Position numbers and translations under genes: made by a program. Below, in pieces: positions 29,402 to 39,458 of a stretch of DNA of 64,000 nucleotides. This DNA comes from an uncultured Candidatus Rokubacteria bacterium. GTDB taxonomy: Bacteria > Methylomirabilota > Methylomirabilia > Rokubacteriales > DASRDR01. The stretch is taken from positions 352,001 to 416,000 of the forward strand of contig CAWGVS010000005.1 in the NCBI GenBank assembly GCA_963826115.1. Reading direction: 5' to 3'. Numbering within the stretch: the stretch's first letter is position 1; each line of letters begins with the position of its first letter. The notes beneath the pieces were generated by a model. The model made no database searches. It saw only the letters and a list, made by a program, of their open reading frames with translations, and was not told the DNA's origin.

Positions 29402-31234
29402 ATGACCATTGGCCACGGGCTCTTCCTCGGCGCCGCCCTGCTCGGGGTCGCGCTGACCCTCATCACCGAGGGACTGAGTCTCTTCCACGGCGTCCGGTGG
29501 GGATGGCTCGTCCTGAGCTGGGGGGTTGTCGCCCCGATCGGGCTCTGGACGGTACGCCGGCGCCGGGCCGAGCCGGCACCGGCGATGCCCCGGGTCGCCC
29601 TCGCGGCGACCGGCACGATTCTCGCGGTCACCGCGGTCATCGCCGTCCTGGCGCCGCCCAACAACTGGGACTCGATGACGTACCACATGCCGCGAGTCGC
29701 CCACTGGGCGCAGGCGGGATCGGTCGCGCACTACCCGACCAACATCCTCCGCCAGCTGTGGCTCGGGCCGGGGGCCGAGTTCGCCATCCTGCACCTCCAC
29801 GTGCTGGCCTCCGGCGACCGCCTCGCGAACCTGGTGCAGTGGCTCGCGTTCGCCGCGTGCGTCGCCGGATCGGCCGTCGTGGCCGGGGCGCTCGGCGGCG
29901 GCTCCTGGGCGCGCGGCCTGGCGGCGGTCGCCTGCGCGACCCTGCCCATGGCGATCTCGCAGGCGAGCAGCACGCAGAACGACCTCGTCGGGAGCTTCTG
30001 GCTCCTCTCGCTCGGCTACTGGGTGCTGCGGTTCCGCGCGACGCCGAGCGCGAGCGTCGCCGTCCTGATCGGCGTCAGCGCCGGGCTCGCGGCCCTCACG
30101 AAGCTTCCCGTCGCGTTCCTGGCGATCCCGTGGCTCGTCGCCTTCGCCGTCGCCGCGGCGCCGCTTGGCCGTCGCCGCGCTCCGGGTTACCTGCTGGCAG
30201 CCGGCGTGGCCGTCGTCGCGCTGAACGCCGGACACGTGAGCCGGACGGTCCTGTTGCTGAGCGCGGGGACGCCCACCCGCGCGATCGGCGTCGCGGAGAA
30301 CCCGGACCGCCTTCCGGCGGACTGGGCGATGTACGTCAACACGACCCTCGATCCGCGCGCGGTCGTCTCCAGCGCGCTCCGCAACGCGACGCTCCACCTG
30401 ACCGTGCCGGCCCCGCGCGTGAACGGCTGGCTCGAGCACGTGGTGGTCGTCGCGCATCGCGCGATGGGTTTCGATCCGAACGACGGCCGGACCACGCTGG
30501 CCGGCCCGTTCCCGGCCTACCGCGTGGGACCGTACCTGCTGCACGAGGACTTCGTGGGCAACCCGCTTCACTTCGTCGCCGCCCTCGTGGCCGGCGTGAT
30601 CGTCCGGCGTCGGCGCGGAGCCCCCGGCGCCCCGGCGCGCCTCTGGGCCGTCCTGAGCGCGGCGAGCGCGCTGGCCTTCGTTATCGCGCTCAAGTGGCAG
30701 CCGTGGAACAGCCGGCTCCACCTCCCTCTGTTCGTCCTCGCGTGCCCGCTGATCGGCCTCGCGTTCGAGGGGAGGCGTCGGCTCGCGGCGGCGTGGGCCG
30801 CGGCCTTCTGTCTGCTTGCCGTCCCGAGCCTCCTCCTCACGTGGCCGCGCACCCTCGTCGGCGAGGGCAGCGTCCTCACCATGCCGCGGGTGACGCAGCG
30901 GTTCCGGAACCACCCGCAACTCCAGCCCGTCTACGAGACCGCGGCCGACCTCGTGCGCGACATGGGATGCCGGCGGGTCGGCATGGTGCTCGACTGGGAC
31001 AGCCCCGAGTACCCGCTCTGGCCGCTCCTCGAGGCGCGCCTCGGCCGCGACGTGCGGCTCGAGCACGCGCTCGTGGAGAACGCGTCCGCGCGGCTCGCGC
31101 CGCCGCTCGCCGACGCGCCCTGCGCGCTGATCGTCGTCGGACGCGAGCCGGACGGCCCGCTCGCCTGGCGCGGCCGGACGTTCGTGGAAGGCTGGCGCCG
31201 GGCTCCCGTGCGCGTCTACGCGCCATCTCCCTGA
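29402..31234 (+). CDS. Polytopic membrane glycosyltransferase (GT-C fold, GT39/ArnT-like)
   Basis: PNNWDSMTYHMPRVAHW, SSTQND, LKWQPWNSRLH; many TM segments. Confidence 0.65.
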   Translation: MTIGHGLFLGAALLGVALTLITEGLSLFHGVRWGWLVLSWGVVAPIGLWTVRRRRAEPAPAMPRVALAATGTILAVTAVIAVLAPPNNWDSMTYHMPRVAHWAQAGSVAHYPTNILRQLWLGPGAEFAILHLHVLASGDRLANLVQWLAFAACVAGSAVVAGALGGGSWARGLAAVACATLPMAISQASSTQNDLVGSFWLLSLGYWVLRFRATPSASVAVLIGVSAGLAALTKLPVAFLAIPWLVAFAVAAAPLGRRRAPGYLLAAGVAVVALNAGHVSRTVLLLSAGTPTRAIGVAENPDRLPADWAMYVNTTLDPRAVVSSALRNATLHLTVPAPRVNGWLEHVVVVAHRAMGFDPNDGRTTLAGPFPAYRVGPYLLHEDFVGNPLHFVAALVAGVIVRRRRGAPGAPARLWAVLSAASALAFVIALKWQPWNSRLHLPLFVLACPLIGLAFEGRRRLAAAWAAAFCLLAVPSLLLTWPRTLVGEGSVLTMPRVTQRFRNHPQLQPVYETAADLVRDMGCRRVGMVLDWDSPEYPLWPLLEARLGRDVRLEHALVENASARLAPPLADAPCALIVVGREPDGPLAWRGRTFVEGWRRAPVRVYAPSP

Positions 31235-31294
31235 CTGCCCGAGCTCGGAGGGGCGGCCGCCACGGTGATAGCATGCCTGGGGAGCGAGGCCGCG

Positions 31295-31750
31295 ATGACG
31301 ATCGACCTCTTCGAGGAGACGATGGCGCTCCTGACCGAGCTCGAGCGCCAGGGGGTGCCGTACGCCCTGGTCGGGGCGCTGGCGCTCGCCATCCACGGTG
31401 TCCCGCGGGCGACGACGGACATCGATCTCCTCGTGCGCCGTGACGACGTGGAGGCGACCCTCCGGGTGGCGGAGACACGAGGGTTCGGAGTCCAGGCGCT
31501 GCCCATGCGGTTCAGCGACGGTCTCGAGGTGCGCCGCAGCACCAAGATCGATGCGACCCTGTTGCTCACGCTCGACCTTCTGCTGGTAAACGAGAACCTG
31601 GAGCCCGTCTGGGCGTCGCGCGAGCGTGTCGCCACGGAGCGCGGGAGCGTCTGGGTCGTGTCGCGGCAGGGGCTCATCGACATGAAGGCGTGGGCCGGCC
31701 GCGAGCAGGACCTGGCCGACATCCGGCGCCTGCGCGAGCTCGACGGGTGA
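31295..31750 (+). CDS. Minimal nucleotidyltransferase (AbiEii/DUF6036-like)
   Basis: YALVGALALAIHGVPRATTDID and LIDMK...GREQDLADI motifs. Confidence 0.75.
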   Translation: MTIDLFEETMALLTELERQGVPYALVGALALAIHGVPRATTDIDLLVRRDDVEATLRVAETRGFGVQALPMRFSDGLEVRRSTKIDATLLLTLDLLLVNENLEPVWASRERVATERGSVWVVSRQGLIDMKAWAGREQDLADIRRLRELDG

Positions 31751-31950
31751 CGCCCCCGGAGATGTCCGCCCGCGCCGTCACGGCGCGCCTCCGCGAGGCG
31801 AGCGCCCGGGCCGACCTGACGGCGAGTCGCCGCCTCCTGACCAAGGTCGACATGTCGCCGGCCGCCGTCACCCGACGGCTCCGCCTCCAGTCGGCGCTGC
31901 GCGACGCGTGCCTCGCGTGGGCGCGCCGGCCGCTCACCTCCGGGACGTAG
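31747..31950 (+). CDS. Small basic hypothetical protein with an internal 30-aa-period repeat
   Basis: GTGA overlap with the NTase stop; EMSARAVTARLREAS / DMSPAAVTRRLRLQS. Confidence 0.6.
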   Translation: MTPPEMSARAVTARLREASARADLTASRRLLTKVDMSPAAVTRRLRLQSALRDACLAWARRPLTSGT

Positions 31951-31968
31951 CGCGTCCCCGCCTCGTCG

Positions 31969-32919
31969 TCAGCCGCCGGGCGGTCGCGTCTCCGTCGACG
32001 GCGGAACCGCGAGGCGATAGATGCGGGCGGCGTTGTCGTGGAAGAGTCGGAGGCGGTCCGCGCGCGGGAAGTCCCGGACGATCTCCTTGAAGCCGCGGTA
32101 GATCGTGTCGAACGTCGCGACCAGGCCGTCCACCGGGAAGTTCGAGGCGAACATCGCACGCTCGACGCCGAAGAGGTCGATCGTGCGCAGCACGATCTCG
32201 CGGTTCGACTCGGTGGTCCAAGGTTTGCCGGGGACGCCGAGCCCGGAGATCTTCACCGCGACATTCGGCTCGCCAGCGAGCGTGGTCATGGCGGCGCGCC
32301 AGCCGCGGAGACCCTCGGCGCTCCGATCCGCCGGCAATCCGGTGTGGTTCAGGATGACGAGCGTGTCGGGGAACGCGCGGGCCAGCGCGGCGGCCTCCGC
32401 GAGATGCCACCAGGGCGTCTGGAGATCGAAGGACAGCCCGAGGCGCGCGAGGTGGGCGTAACCCGCGCGCCAGTGCGGGTCACCCATCGATCCTGGCGCT
32501 CCGGGCTCGACCGCGCCCGGGGTAGGCGCAGCTCGGGGCTTGTGGCGGATCCCCCGCACGAGCGGGCACTCGGCGTGCCGCGCGAGGATCTCGTCGACGT
32601 CGTCGCCGTCGAGCCGCGCCTGCGCGACGACGGCCGTCGGCAACCCCTCCCGGCCGGCGAGCGCCTCGACCCAGCGCGTCTCGCCGAGCGGGTCCGCCGA
32701 GTCCCACTCCGTCTCGACGTAGACGGTCCCCACGGTCCGGTGACCCCGGGCGTCCTGGCGGTAGTCGGCCGGCAGATAGTCGCGGCGGAGTGGTCGCGTG
32801 TCCCCGTACCGGAAGGGTGGGGGAGGCTCGTCGCGGAGCCAGGGGTGCCTGCCGAGCGAGAGGTCCCAGAAGTGCTGGTGCGGGTCGATGATGGGGAGGT
32901 CGTGTGCCGCAGCGTCCAT
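31969..32919 (-). CDS. Amidohydrolase family protein (sugar-lactonase-like)
   Basis: IIDPHQHFWD, RGIRH, LNHTG, VKISG, FASNFPVD. Confidence 0.88.
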   Translation of the reverse strand: MDAAAHDLPIIDPHQHFWDLSLGRHPWLRDEPPPPFRYGDTRPLRRDYLPADYRQDARGHRTVGTVYVETEWDSADPLGETRWVEALAGREGLPTAVVAQARLDGDDVDEILARHAECPLVRGIRHKPRAAPTPGAVEPGAPGSMGDPHWRAGYAHLARLGLSFDLQTPWWHLAEAAALARAFPDTLVILNHTGLPADRSAEGLRGWRAAMTTLAGEPNVAVKISGLGVPGKPWTTESNREIVLRTIDLFGVERAMFASNFPVDGLVATFDTIYRGFKEIVRDFPRADRLRLFHDNAARIYRLAVPPSTETRPPGG

Positions 32920-33013
32920 GGTAGAGCGCTTTGCTATGAAGACACCGACAAACTATCGCCAGGACTCACGAAACGACGCGTGCCGCTCGCGCGCCGTCGC
33001 GAGCCCGCGGCGG

Positions 33014-34099
33014 TCAGCCCGCGCGCAAGGGTTGGAGGCCCTTCCAGTCGAACTCGACGCCGTGACCGGGGCGGTCCGGCGCCGTTGCCACGCCGTCCCG
33101 GATCGCGAGCGGCTCCGCGATGAACCGCTCGAGGCCGAAGCCGTGGACCTCGAGGTACGAGGCGTTCGGCACCGCGGCGAGGAGGTGGACGTGGAGGTCG
33201 TGGACGCCGTGCGAGGTCACGGGGAGGTTGTGCGCCTCGGCGACGTGGGCGACCTTCAGCCACGGCGTCACGCCGCCCACGTTCGAGACGTCGGGCTCGG
33301 GGAACGTGACGCCGCCCGCGTCGATCAGCCGCTTGAACTCGTGGACCGTGCGGAGGTTCTCGCCCGCGGCGACGGGGAGCCCGCCTTCCTGGACGACGCG
33401 CACGTGGCCGGGGACGTCGTCCGGGATCGTCGGCTCCTCCACCCAGAAGACCTCGTGGGCGGCGAGAGCGCGCGCGGCCCGGATCGCCTCGTCGGCCGTC
33501 CAGCGCATGTTCGCGTCGACCATGAGCGGCACGTCGGGGCCGAGATGCTGGCGCATCGCGCGCACCCGCTCGACGTCGTCCCGGAGCCGCGGGCGGCCGA
33601 CCTTCATCTTGATGGCGCGGAATCCCCGGCCGAGGTTGTCGTCGGTCTGGCGGAGGAGTCGGTCGAGCGGGAACTGGAGGTCGATTCCGCCGGCGTATGC
33701 CTTCACGCGGGGTTCGTGGCCGCCGAGGAGCTTCCAGAGCGGGAGGCCGGCCCGCCGCGCCCGGAGGTCCCAGAGCGCGATGTCGGCCGCCGCCATCGCG
33801 AATGCCGCCAGGCCGCCGCGCCCCACGTAGTGGCAGCCCCACCACATCCGCTGCCAGAGGACCTCGATGCGCTCGGCGTCCTGTCCGACGAGGAGCGGCG
33901 CGAGCTCCTCGAGGAGAGCGCGGATCGCCGCGGCGCCCGCGCCGACGGTGTACGTGTAGCCGACGCCCTCCGCGCCGTCCGCCGTGCGGACGCGCGCCGT
34001 CACGAGCTCGAAGTGCGCGATGTCACCGTGGGTCGAGTCGGAGAGCACGACCGGGAGCGGGATGCGGTAGTGGTCGACCTCGACGGCGGCGATGCTCAC
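33014..34099 (-). CDS. Mandelate racemase/muconate lactonizing enzyme family protein
   Basis: DIALWDL, KMKVG, MVDAN, WVEEP, AGEN, TSHG. Confidence 0.9.
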   Translation of the reverse strand: MSIAAVEVDHYRIPLPVVLSDSTHGDIAHFELVTARVRTADGAEGVGYTYTVGAGAAAIRALLEELAPLLVGQDAERIEVLWQRMWWGCHYVGRGGLAAFAMAAADIALWDLRARRAGLPLWKLLGGHEPRVKAYAGGIDLQFPLDRLLRQTDDNLGRGFRAIKMKVGRPRLRDDVERVRAMRQHLGPDVPLMVDANMRWTADEAIRAARALAAHEVFWVEEPTIPDDVPGHVRVVQEGGLPVAAGENLRTVHEFKRLIDAGGVTFPEPDVSNVGGVTPWLKVAHVAEAHNLPVTSHGVHDLHVHLLAAVPNASYLEVHGFGLERFIAEPLAIRDGVATAPDRPGHGVEFDWKGLQPLRAG

Positions 34100-34136
34100 G
34101 GGCGGTGGAGGGCCACGCGGGGCCGGGGCCGCGCCG

Positions 34137-34835
34137 TCAGCGCGCGGTCAGCCGCCGGTAGATGCCAGGCGAGCCGGGCGCGTGCGCCCAGAGGCGCTCG
34201 ATCCGGCGCCGCCAGACCGACTGGGCGCGCGCGCGGTCCCAGGCCGGCTGGCGGCTCACCTCGGTATTGGCGAACTCGTAGACGGTGAGGTACCGGGGGC
34301 CCGCCCCGCGGTTCAGGTAGCGGCGCGCCCCGTACACCCCGTTCACCGTCATGTTGCCGAGGAGGTACTCGGTGTTGTACCACTCGTTGAACTCGTCCTC
34401 GTGCGCGGGGGGGATGTCGATCCGCCCGATCTGGAGGGCCGGAGGCAGCCCGTGGACGGCCGCGCGCTCGTCGATGCCCGGCGGGAAGATCTGGCCGTAG
34501 AGGCCGGCCGGCGACGGCGCGCCGCCGCCCGCGCCGGGGGCGCCGCCGGGGAGCACCGTCGCGTCGAGGCGCTCCAGCGCCCGCGCCGTCGCGGCGAGGA
34601 GCCGGCCGCTGGCCGCCGCGACCGCCGCGTCGTCGCTCAGGAGCTCGTGGATCTCGATGAACGCCGGCGCGCCGGAGACGCCGGCGTAGCGTCCGAGGGC
34701 GAGGACTCCCGCCGCGGGGTCGGCGGGCGCGAGGGGCTCGCTCGTCGCCCAGGCCTCGAGGTCCGCGCGCCGGGCCGCCGGCACCTCGGCCCAGAGGATG
34801 GCGACCGCGCGGCCTTTCCTGAGCCCGGCGGTCAC
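34137..34835 (-). CDS. Hypothetical protein, two DUF4286/EthD-like alpha-beta barrel domains
   Basis: C-terminal DIPPAHEDEFNEWYNTEYL...VNGVYGARRY...PRYLTVYE; degenerate N-terminal copy. Confidence 0.6.
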   Translation of the reverse strand: MTAGLRKGRAVAILWAEVPAARRADLEAWATSEPLAPADPAAGVLALGRYAGVSGAPAFIEIHELLSDDAAVAAASGRLLAATARALERLDATVLPGGAPGAGGGAPSPAGLYGQIFPPGIDERAAVHGLPPALQIGRIDIPPAHEDEFNEWYNTEYLLGNMTVNGVYGARRYLNRGAGPRYLTVYEFANTEVSRQPAWDRARAQSVWRRRIERLWAHAPGSPGIYRRLTAR

Positions 34836-35569
34836 GGCGCGACGGTCTCGGCCACGACCCGGAGCGCCGTCTCGACCCCTCGCAGCATCAGCGGGAGGTC
34901 CATGCTCGGCTGGTCGAGCCGGCTCGCCGCGACCATGGCGGGCAGGAGCGGGAGGTGGATGAACCCCGCGCGGGCCGTCAGCTCCCGCGTCGCGATCTCG
35001 TGGAGCGTCGCGTACATCGTCTGGTTGCAGAGGTACGTCCCGGCGGTGTTGGAGACGTACGCCGGCACACCTTCCTCGATCAGCGCGGCCAGCATCTCCT
35101 GCAGCGGGAGCGAGGCGAGGTACGCGGCCGGGCCCTCGGGCGCGCAGGGCTCGCTCTGCGCCACGTATCCGGCGTTGTCCGGGATGCGGTAGTCCATCAC
35201 GTTGAGCGCCGCGCGCTCGAGGGCGAGCCGCGCCCGACCCTCGGCCAGGCCCAGGTGGACGACGGCCACGGGCGCCATCTCGCCGAGGAGCGCCGACACG
35301 TGCCGGGAGGCCTCGAGGTGGTGCACCGGCAGCACCGCGCTCGCCACGGCGCAGTTGCCGATCCGCCGCCCGTCGAGCGACTTCGCGAGCTCCTGCGAGG
35401 GATTGAGGGTGTGGGATCCGAAGGGCTCGAACCCGGTCACCAGGATGACCGGCTCCGCGACGAGCCGGACCGACTCCCGCAGCTCCGGCTCGGCCCGCTC
35501 GGCCGACGTCCCGAGCTCGCTCACGGCGCGCTCGATCGTCTCGCCGAGGTCGGCAGGGGTTCTGGTCAC
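34832..35569 (-). CDS. pcp: Pyroglutamyl-peptidase I
   Basis: ILVTGFEPFG, NPS, LERAALN, SNTAGTYLCN, GFIHLP. Confidence 0.9.
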   Translation of the reverse strand: MTRTPADLGETIERAVSELGTSAERAEPELRESVRLVAEPVILVTGFEPFGSHTLNPSQELAKSLDGRRIGNCAVASAVLPVHHLEASRHVSALLGEMAPVAVVHLGLAEGRARLALERAALNVMDYRIPDNAGYVAQSEPCAPEGPAAYLASLPLQEMLAALIEEGVPAYVSNTAGTYLCNQTMYATLHEIATRELTARAGFIHLPLLPAMVAASRLDQPSMDLPLMLRGVETALRVVAETVAP

Positions 35570-35613
35570 GACGACAACTATAGCCGAGCGCGTTGGCGTA
35601 CACTACACGCTCG

Positions 35614-36366
35614 ATGGGCCCGGGTGAGCGCGGGTCGGGGACGAAGTTCGACCACGTTGCGATCGGCATGGAGCGCATGGCCGACGCCGCCGACGTCCTG
35701 GCCGGGCGGCTCGGCGGCCGTCCCGACTCCGGCGGCCCGGGCGGCGCGTTCCGGTGGGCCGCGTGGCGGTTCGAGGGCGGCGGGTCGCTCGAGGTGATCG
35801 AGCCCGCGGGGACCGACGGTTTCCTCCACCGGTTCCTCGCGGCGCGGGGTCCTGGGATCCACCACGTGACCTTCAAGGTGGCGAGCCTCGCCGACGCGTG
35901 CGCGCGCGCGGAGGCTCAGGGATACCGGCTCGTCGGGCGCGACGAGTCCGATCCGGACTGGCTCGTCGCGTATCTCCATCCGAAGGAAGCGCTCGGCATC
36001 GTGGTGCAGCTCGGCCAGTCCGGAGGCCGATACGGGCGACGACCCTGGGAGGTGCCTTCGGGACCGGCCGCGCCGGCGCCGGCGGTGCGCGTCCTCGGGC
36101 TCCGGACCCGGGTGAGATCGGCGGAGCGGGCGCGAACCCAGTGGGAGCGCGCGCTCGGCGGAAGCCTGGTCCGCGCGACGGAGGGCGAGCTCGTGTTCCG
36201 ATGGCCGGGCTCCCCGATGCGGATGGTGGCGGAGATCGCCCCGGACGCGGAGGAGGGCCCGCTCGCGATCGATCTCGGTCCCGGCCGGGACCCCGGGCTG
36301 CCGGCGGGGCCCGTGGCTCCGCTCGGCACCGTTTTCCGGGTCGACACGCGCACGCCGGAGCTGTGA
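35614..36366 (+). CDS. VOC/glyoxalase family protein (methylmalonyl-CoA epimerase-like N-domain)
   Basis: [41 protein letters not shown]. Confidence 0.8.
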   Translation: MGPGERGSGTKFDHVAIGMERMADAADVLAGRLGGRPDSGGPGGAFRWAAWRFEGGGSLEVIEPAGTDGFLHRFLAARGPGIHHVTFKVASLADACARAEAQGYRLVGRDESDPDWLVAYLHPKEALGIVVQLGQSGGRYGRRPWEVPSGPAAPAPAVRVLGLRTRVRSAERARTQWERALGGSLVRATEGELVFRWPGSPMRMVAEIAPDAEEGPLAIDLGPGRDPGLPAGPVAPLGTVFRVDTRTPEL

Positions 36367-36394
36367 CCTGGAAGCGACGCGCAAGGAGGCATCC

Positions 36395-36814
36395 ATGAGC
36401 GACAAGGACAAGGTGGCGCGGAACGACGACGAGTGGCGGCACTGTCTCAGCCCCGAGCAGTACCGGGTCCTCAGGAAGCACGGGACGGAGCGCGCCTTCA
36501 CCGGCGAGTACCACGACTCCAAGGAGCCGGGTCTCTACCGGTGCGCCGGGTGCGGGGCGCCGCTTTTCGCGTCGGACACGAAGTTCGATTCCGGGACCGG
36601 GTGGCCGAGCTTCTGGGAGCCGATCGACCAGAAGGCCGTCGACTCGAAAACGGACCGGAGCTTTTTCATGACCCGGACCGAGGTCCAGTGCGCGGCTTGC
36701 GAGGGGCATCTGGGCCACGTCTTCGAGGACGGACCCGAGCCGACCGGTCTCCGCTACTGCATCAACTCGGCCGCGCTCAAGCTGGATCCAAAGGCGAATC
36801 CCGAGAAGAAGTGA
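36395..36814 (+). CDS. msrB: Peptide-methionine (R)-S-oxide reductase
   Basis: [34 protein letters not shown]; two CxxC motifs. Confidence 0.96.
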   Translation: MSDKDKVARNDDEWRHCLSPEQYRVLRKHGTERAFTGEYHDSKEPGLYRCAGCGAPLFASDTKFDSGTGWPSFWEPIDQKAVDSKTDRSFFMTRTEVQCAACEGHLGHVFEDGPEPTGLRYCINSAALKLDPKANPEKK

Positions 36815-36854
36815 GCCAGGCGCTTCCCGGCCGGGGTTGCGCAGAGGACGACTG

Positions 36855-37838
36855 ATGGAGCATCGGAAGCTCGGTCACAGCCCGTTCGAGGTGTCGGCTC
36901 TCGGGCTCGGCTTGATGTCGATGTCCGGAACGTACGGGAAGAGTGACGACGCGCAGTCGATCGCGCTGATCCATCGCGCGCTCGAGCTCGGCCTGAACCT
37001 CCTCGACTCCTCCGACATGTACGGCTGGGGGCACAACGAGGAGCTTCTGGGGCGGGCGCTCCGGGGGCGGCGGCAGGGCGTCGTGCTCGCGACCAAGTTC
37101 GGCCAGGTGCGCCAAGCCGACGGCGCCAACCTGGTGGACGGCCGGCCCGACTACGTCCTCCACGCCTGCGACGCGAGCCTGCGGCGGCTCGGCGTCGAGG
37201 AGATCGACCTCTACTACCAGCACCGCGTCGATCCCAAGGTGCCGATCGAGGACACGGTGGGCGCGATGGCCCGGCTCGTCGAGCGTGGCAAGGTGCGGAG
37301 CCTGGGCCTCTCGGAGGCCGCGCCCGCCACGATCCGGCGGGCGCACGCCGTTCACCCGATCAGCGCCGTGCAGCTCGAGTACTCGCTCCTCTACCGGCAG
37401 CCGGCCGAGGAGGCGCTCGCGATCTGCCGCGAGCTCGGGATCACGCTCGTGGCGTACTCGCCGCTCGGGCGGGGGCTCCTCTCGGCCCGGATCCAGAGCG
37501 CGGCGGAGATCGCCGAGGACGACCGGAAGCGCCAGCATCCCCGCTTCCAGGGCGAGAACTTCGAGCACAACCGGCGCCTCGTGGGCCGGATCGAGGCCAT
37601 CGCCCGCGAGAAGGGCGTCACGCCGTCCCAGCTCGCGCTGGCCTGGGTCCTCGCCCAGGGGTCCGACGTCGTCCCGATCCCGGGGACCAAGCGGGCCGCG
37701 TACCTCGACGAGAACCTGGGCGCGCTGGCCGTCCGGCTCTCCCCGGACGATCTCGGCCGCCTCGACGAGGCGATGCCACCCGGCGCCGCGAAGGGCGGAC
37801 GCTACCCCGACGCCCAGCTTCGCGGCGTCTACCTCTAG
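36855..37838 (+). CDS. Aldo/keto reductase
   Basis: [33 protein letters not shown]. Confidence 0.93.
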   Translation: MEHRKLGHSPFEVSALGLGLMSMSGTYGKSDDAQSIALIHRALELGLNLLDSSDMYGWGHNEELLGRALRGRRQGVVLATKFGQVRQADGANLVDGRPDYVLHACDASLRRLGVEEIDLYYQHRVDPKVPIEDTVGAMARLVERGKVRSLGLSEAAPATIRRAHAVHPISAVQLEYSLLYRQPAEEALAICRELGITLVAYSPLGRGLLSARIQSAAEIAEDDRKRQHPRFQGENFEHNRRLVGRIEAIAREKGVTPSQLALAWVLAQGSDVVPIPGTKRAAYLDENLGALAVRLSPDDLGRLDEAMPPGAAKGGRYPDAQLRGVYL

Positions 37839-37876
37839 TGGGGCGCTCCGGCGCGGCCCCGGGGACGGAAGGCCGG

Positions 37877-38860
37877 ATGATCGGGCGGCGTGCGCTGCTC
37901 CGCACCGCCGGTCTCGGCCTCGTCGCCGTTCCGATCGGGGCCGCCGGCCAGCCGGCGGGCCGGAGCTATCGCATCGGGTTCCTGGGCGGCGCCTCGGCGC
38001 CAGGGTACGCCACCCTCGTCGACGCCTTCGTCCAGGGCCTCCGGGACCACGGGTACGTTCCGGGCAAGAACGTCGCCATCGACTTCCGGTGGGCCGACGG
38101 GCGCTACGAGCGACTGCCCGATCTCGCCGCCGAGCTGGTGCGCCTCAAGGTCGACGTCATCGTGACGCAGGGGACCCCCGCCGCCTTCGCGGCGAAGCGG
38201 GCGACGCCCACCATACCCATCGTGATGGTGATCGTCGGCAACCCGGTCGAGAGCGGCATCGTCGCGAGCTACGCGCGCCCGGGCGGGAACGTCACGGGCT
38301 CGTCGTTCTTCTGGGGTGAGCTCAACGCGAAGCGCATCGAGTTCGTGAAGCTGGTCACTCCGGGCCTCACCCGGGCGGCGGTCCTCGTCAACCCCGACAA
38401 TCCCGCCATGGCCGCGCTCCTCCGGGAGACGGCGGAGCGTGCCCAGGCGCTCAAGGTTGCCGTGTACCCGGTCAACGTGCGGCGGCTCGAGGAGCTTGAC
38501 GCGGCGCTCGAGGCGGCGCGGAAGCAGGCGCAGGCACTGGCGGTCGTGGAGGACGGGCTGTTCCTGCCGAACGGCGCCAGGATCGCCGACCTCGCCGTCA
38601 AGCACCGGATGCCCAGCATTGGCCCGCGGGAATTCTGCGAGGCGGGAGGTCTGCTCGCCTACGGCGTGGACTTTCCGTACATCTGGCGCCAGGGCGCCGT
38701 GCTCGTCGACAAGATCTTCAAGGGCGCCAAGCCGGCCGACCTGCCGATCCAGTCGGCGACGCGGTTCGAGTTCGTGGTCAACCGGAAGACCGCCCGTGGG
38801 CTCGGGCTCACGCTGCCGCCCGAGGTGCTCGCCCGGGCCGACCAGGTGATCCCGGAGTGA
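37877..38860 (+). CDS. ABC transporter substrate-binding protein (ABC_sub_bind type, orphan)
   Basis: LAAELVRLKVDVIV, ARPGGNVTG, KGAKPADLP, ARADQVI. Confidence 0.85.
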   Translation: MIGRRALLRTAGLGLVAVPIGAAGQPAGRSYRIGFLGGASAPGYATLVDAFVQGLRDHGYVPGKNVAIDFRWADGRYERLPDLAAELVRLKVDVIVTQGTPAAFAAKRATPTIPIVMVIVGNPVESGIVASYARPGGNVTGSSFFWGELNAKRIEFVKLVTPGLTRAAVLVNPDNPAMAALLRETAERAQALKVAVYPVNVRRLEELDAALEAARKQAQALAVVEDGLFLPNGARIADLAVKHRMPSIGPREFCEAGGLLAYGVDFPYIWRQGAVLVDKIFKGAKPADLPIQSATRFEFVVNRKTARGLGLTLPPEVLARADQVIPE

Positions 38861-38889
38861 GGCCCGGGGCGTCCGAGCCGGAGGGAGGC

Positions 38890-39441
38890 ATGACCGGGCT
38901 GCTCGTCATCGACATGCAGGCGGGGCTGTTCGGCCCGGAGTCCCCGCGGCACGACGCCGAGGGCGTGGTGACCCGGATCAACGACCTCGCCCAAGCGGTC
39001 CGGCGGGCGGGCGGCGTCGTGGTCTTCGTCCAGCACGACGGGCCGTCGGGCGATCCGTTCGAGCCGGGGACCGCGGGGTGGCGGCTCCTCCCGGCCCTCG
39101 AGCGCGAGGCCGCCGACGTCGTGGTGCACAAGACCGCCTGCGACGCCTTCTACCGGACCGACCTGGCCGAGGTGCTCGACGCGCGCGGGGCGACGCGCCT
39201 GATCGTCACGGGCTGCGCGACGGATTTCTGCGTGGACACGACGATCCGCGCCGCTGCCAGCCGTGACTACGAGGTCGTGGTCGCCGAGGACGGCCACACC
39301 ACTGCCGACCGGCCGCACGTCGACGCCGTCTCGGTCATCCGCCACCACAACTGGCTGTGGGAGAACCTCATCCACCCGAAGGTGCAGGTCCAGGTGCTCC
39401 CGGCCTCCCGCATCATCGGCCAGATGAGCGCTCCGCGCTGA
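38890..39441 (+). CDS. Isochorismatase family cysteine hydrolase
   Basis: LLVIDMQ, KTACDAF, GCATDFCVDTT. Confidence 0.9.
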   Translation: MTGLLVIDMQAGLFGPESPRHDAEGVVTRINDLAQAVRRAGGVVVFVQHDGPSGDPFEPGTAGWRLLPALEREAADVVVHKTACDAFYRTDLAEVLDARGATRLIVTGCATDFCVDTTIRAAASRDYEVVVAEDGHTTADRPHVDAVSVIRHHNWLWENLIHPKVQVQVLPASRIIGQMSAPR

Positions 39442-39458
39442 CAGCCGGGACCGGACGC

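Noticed and set aside
36395-36814. MsrB (and the Mo enzyme and DCC protein) as further selenoproteins
   Set aside because: Catalytic positions are ordinary codons (RYCINS Cys, HTYS Ser, DGVCGLC); no in-frame TGA
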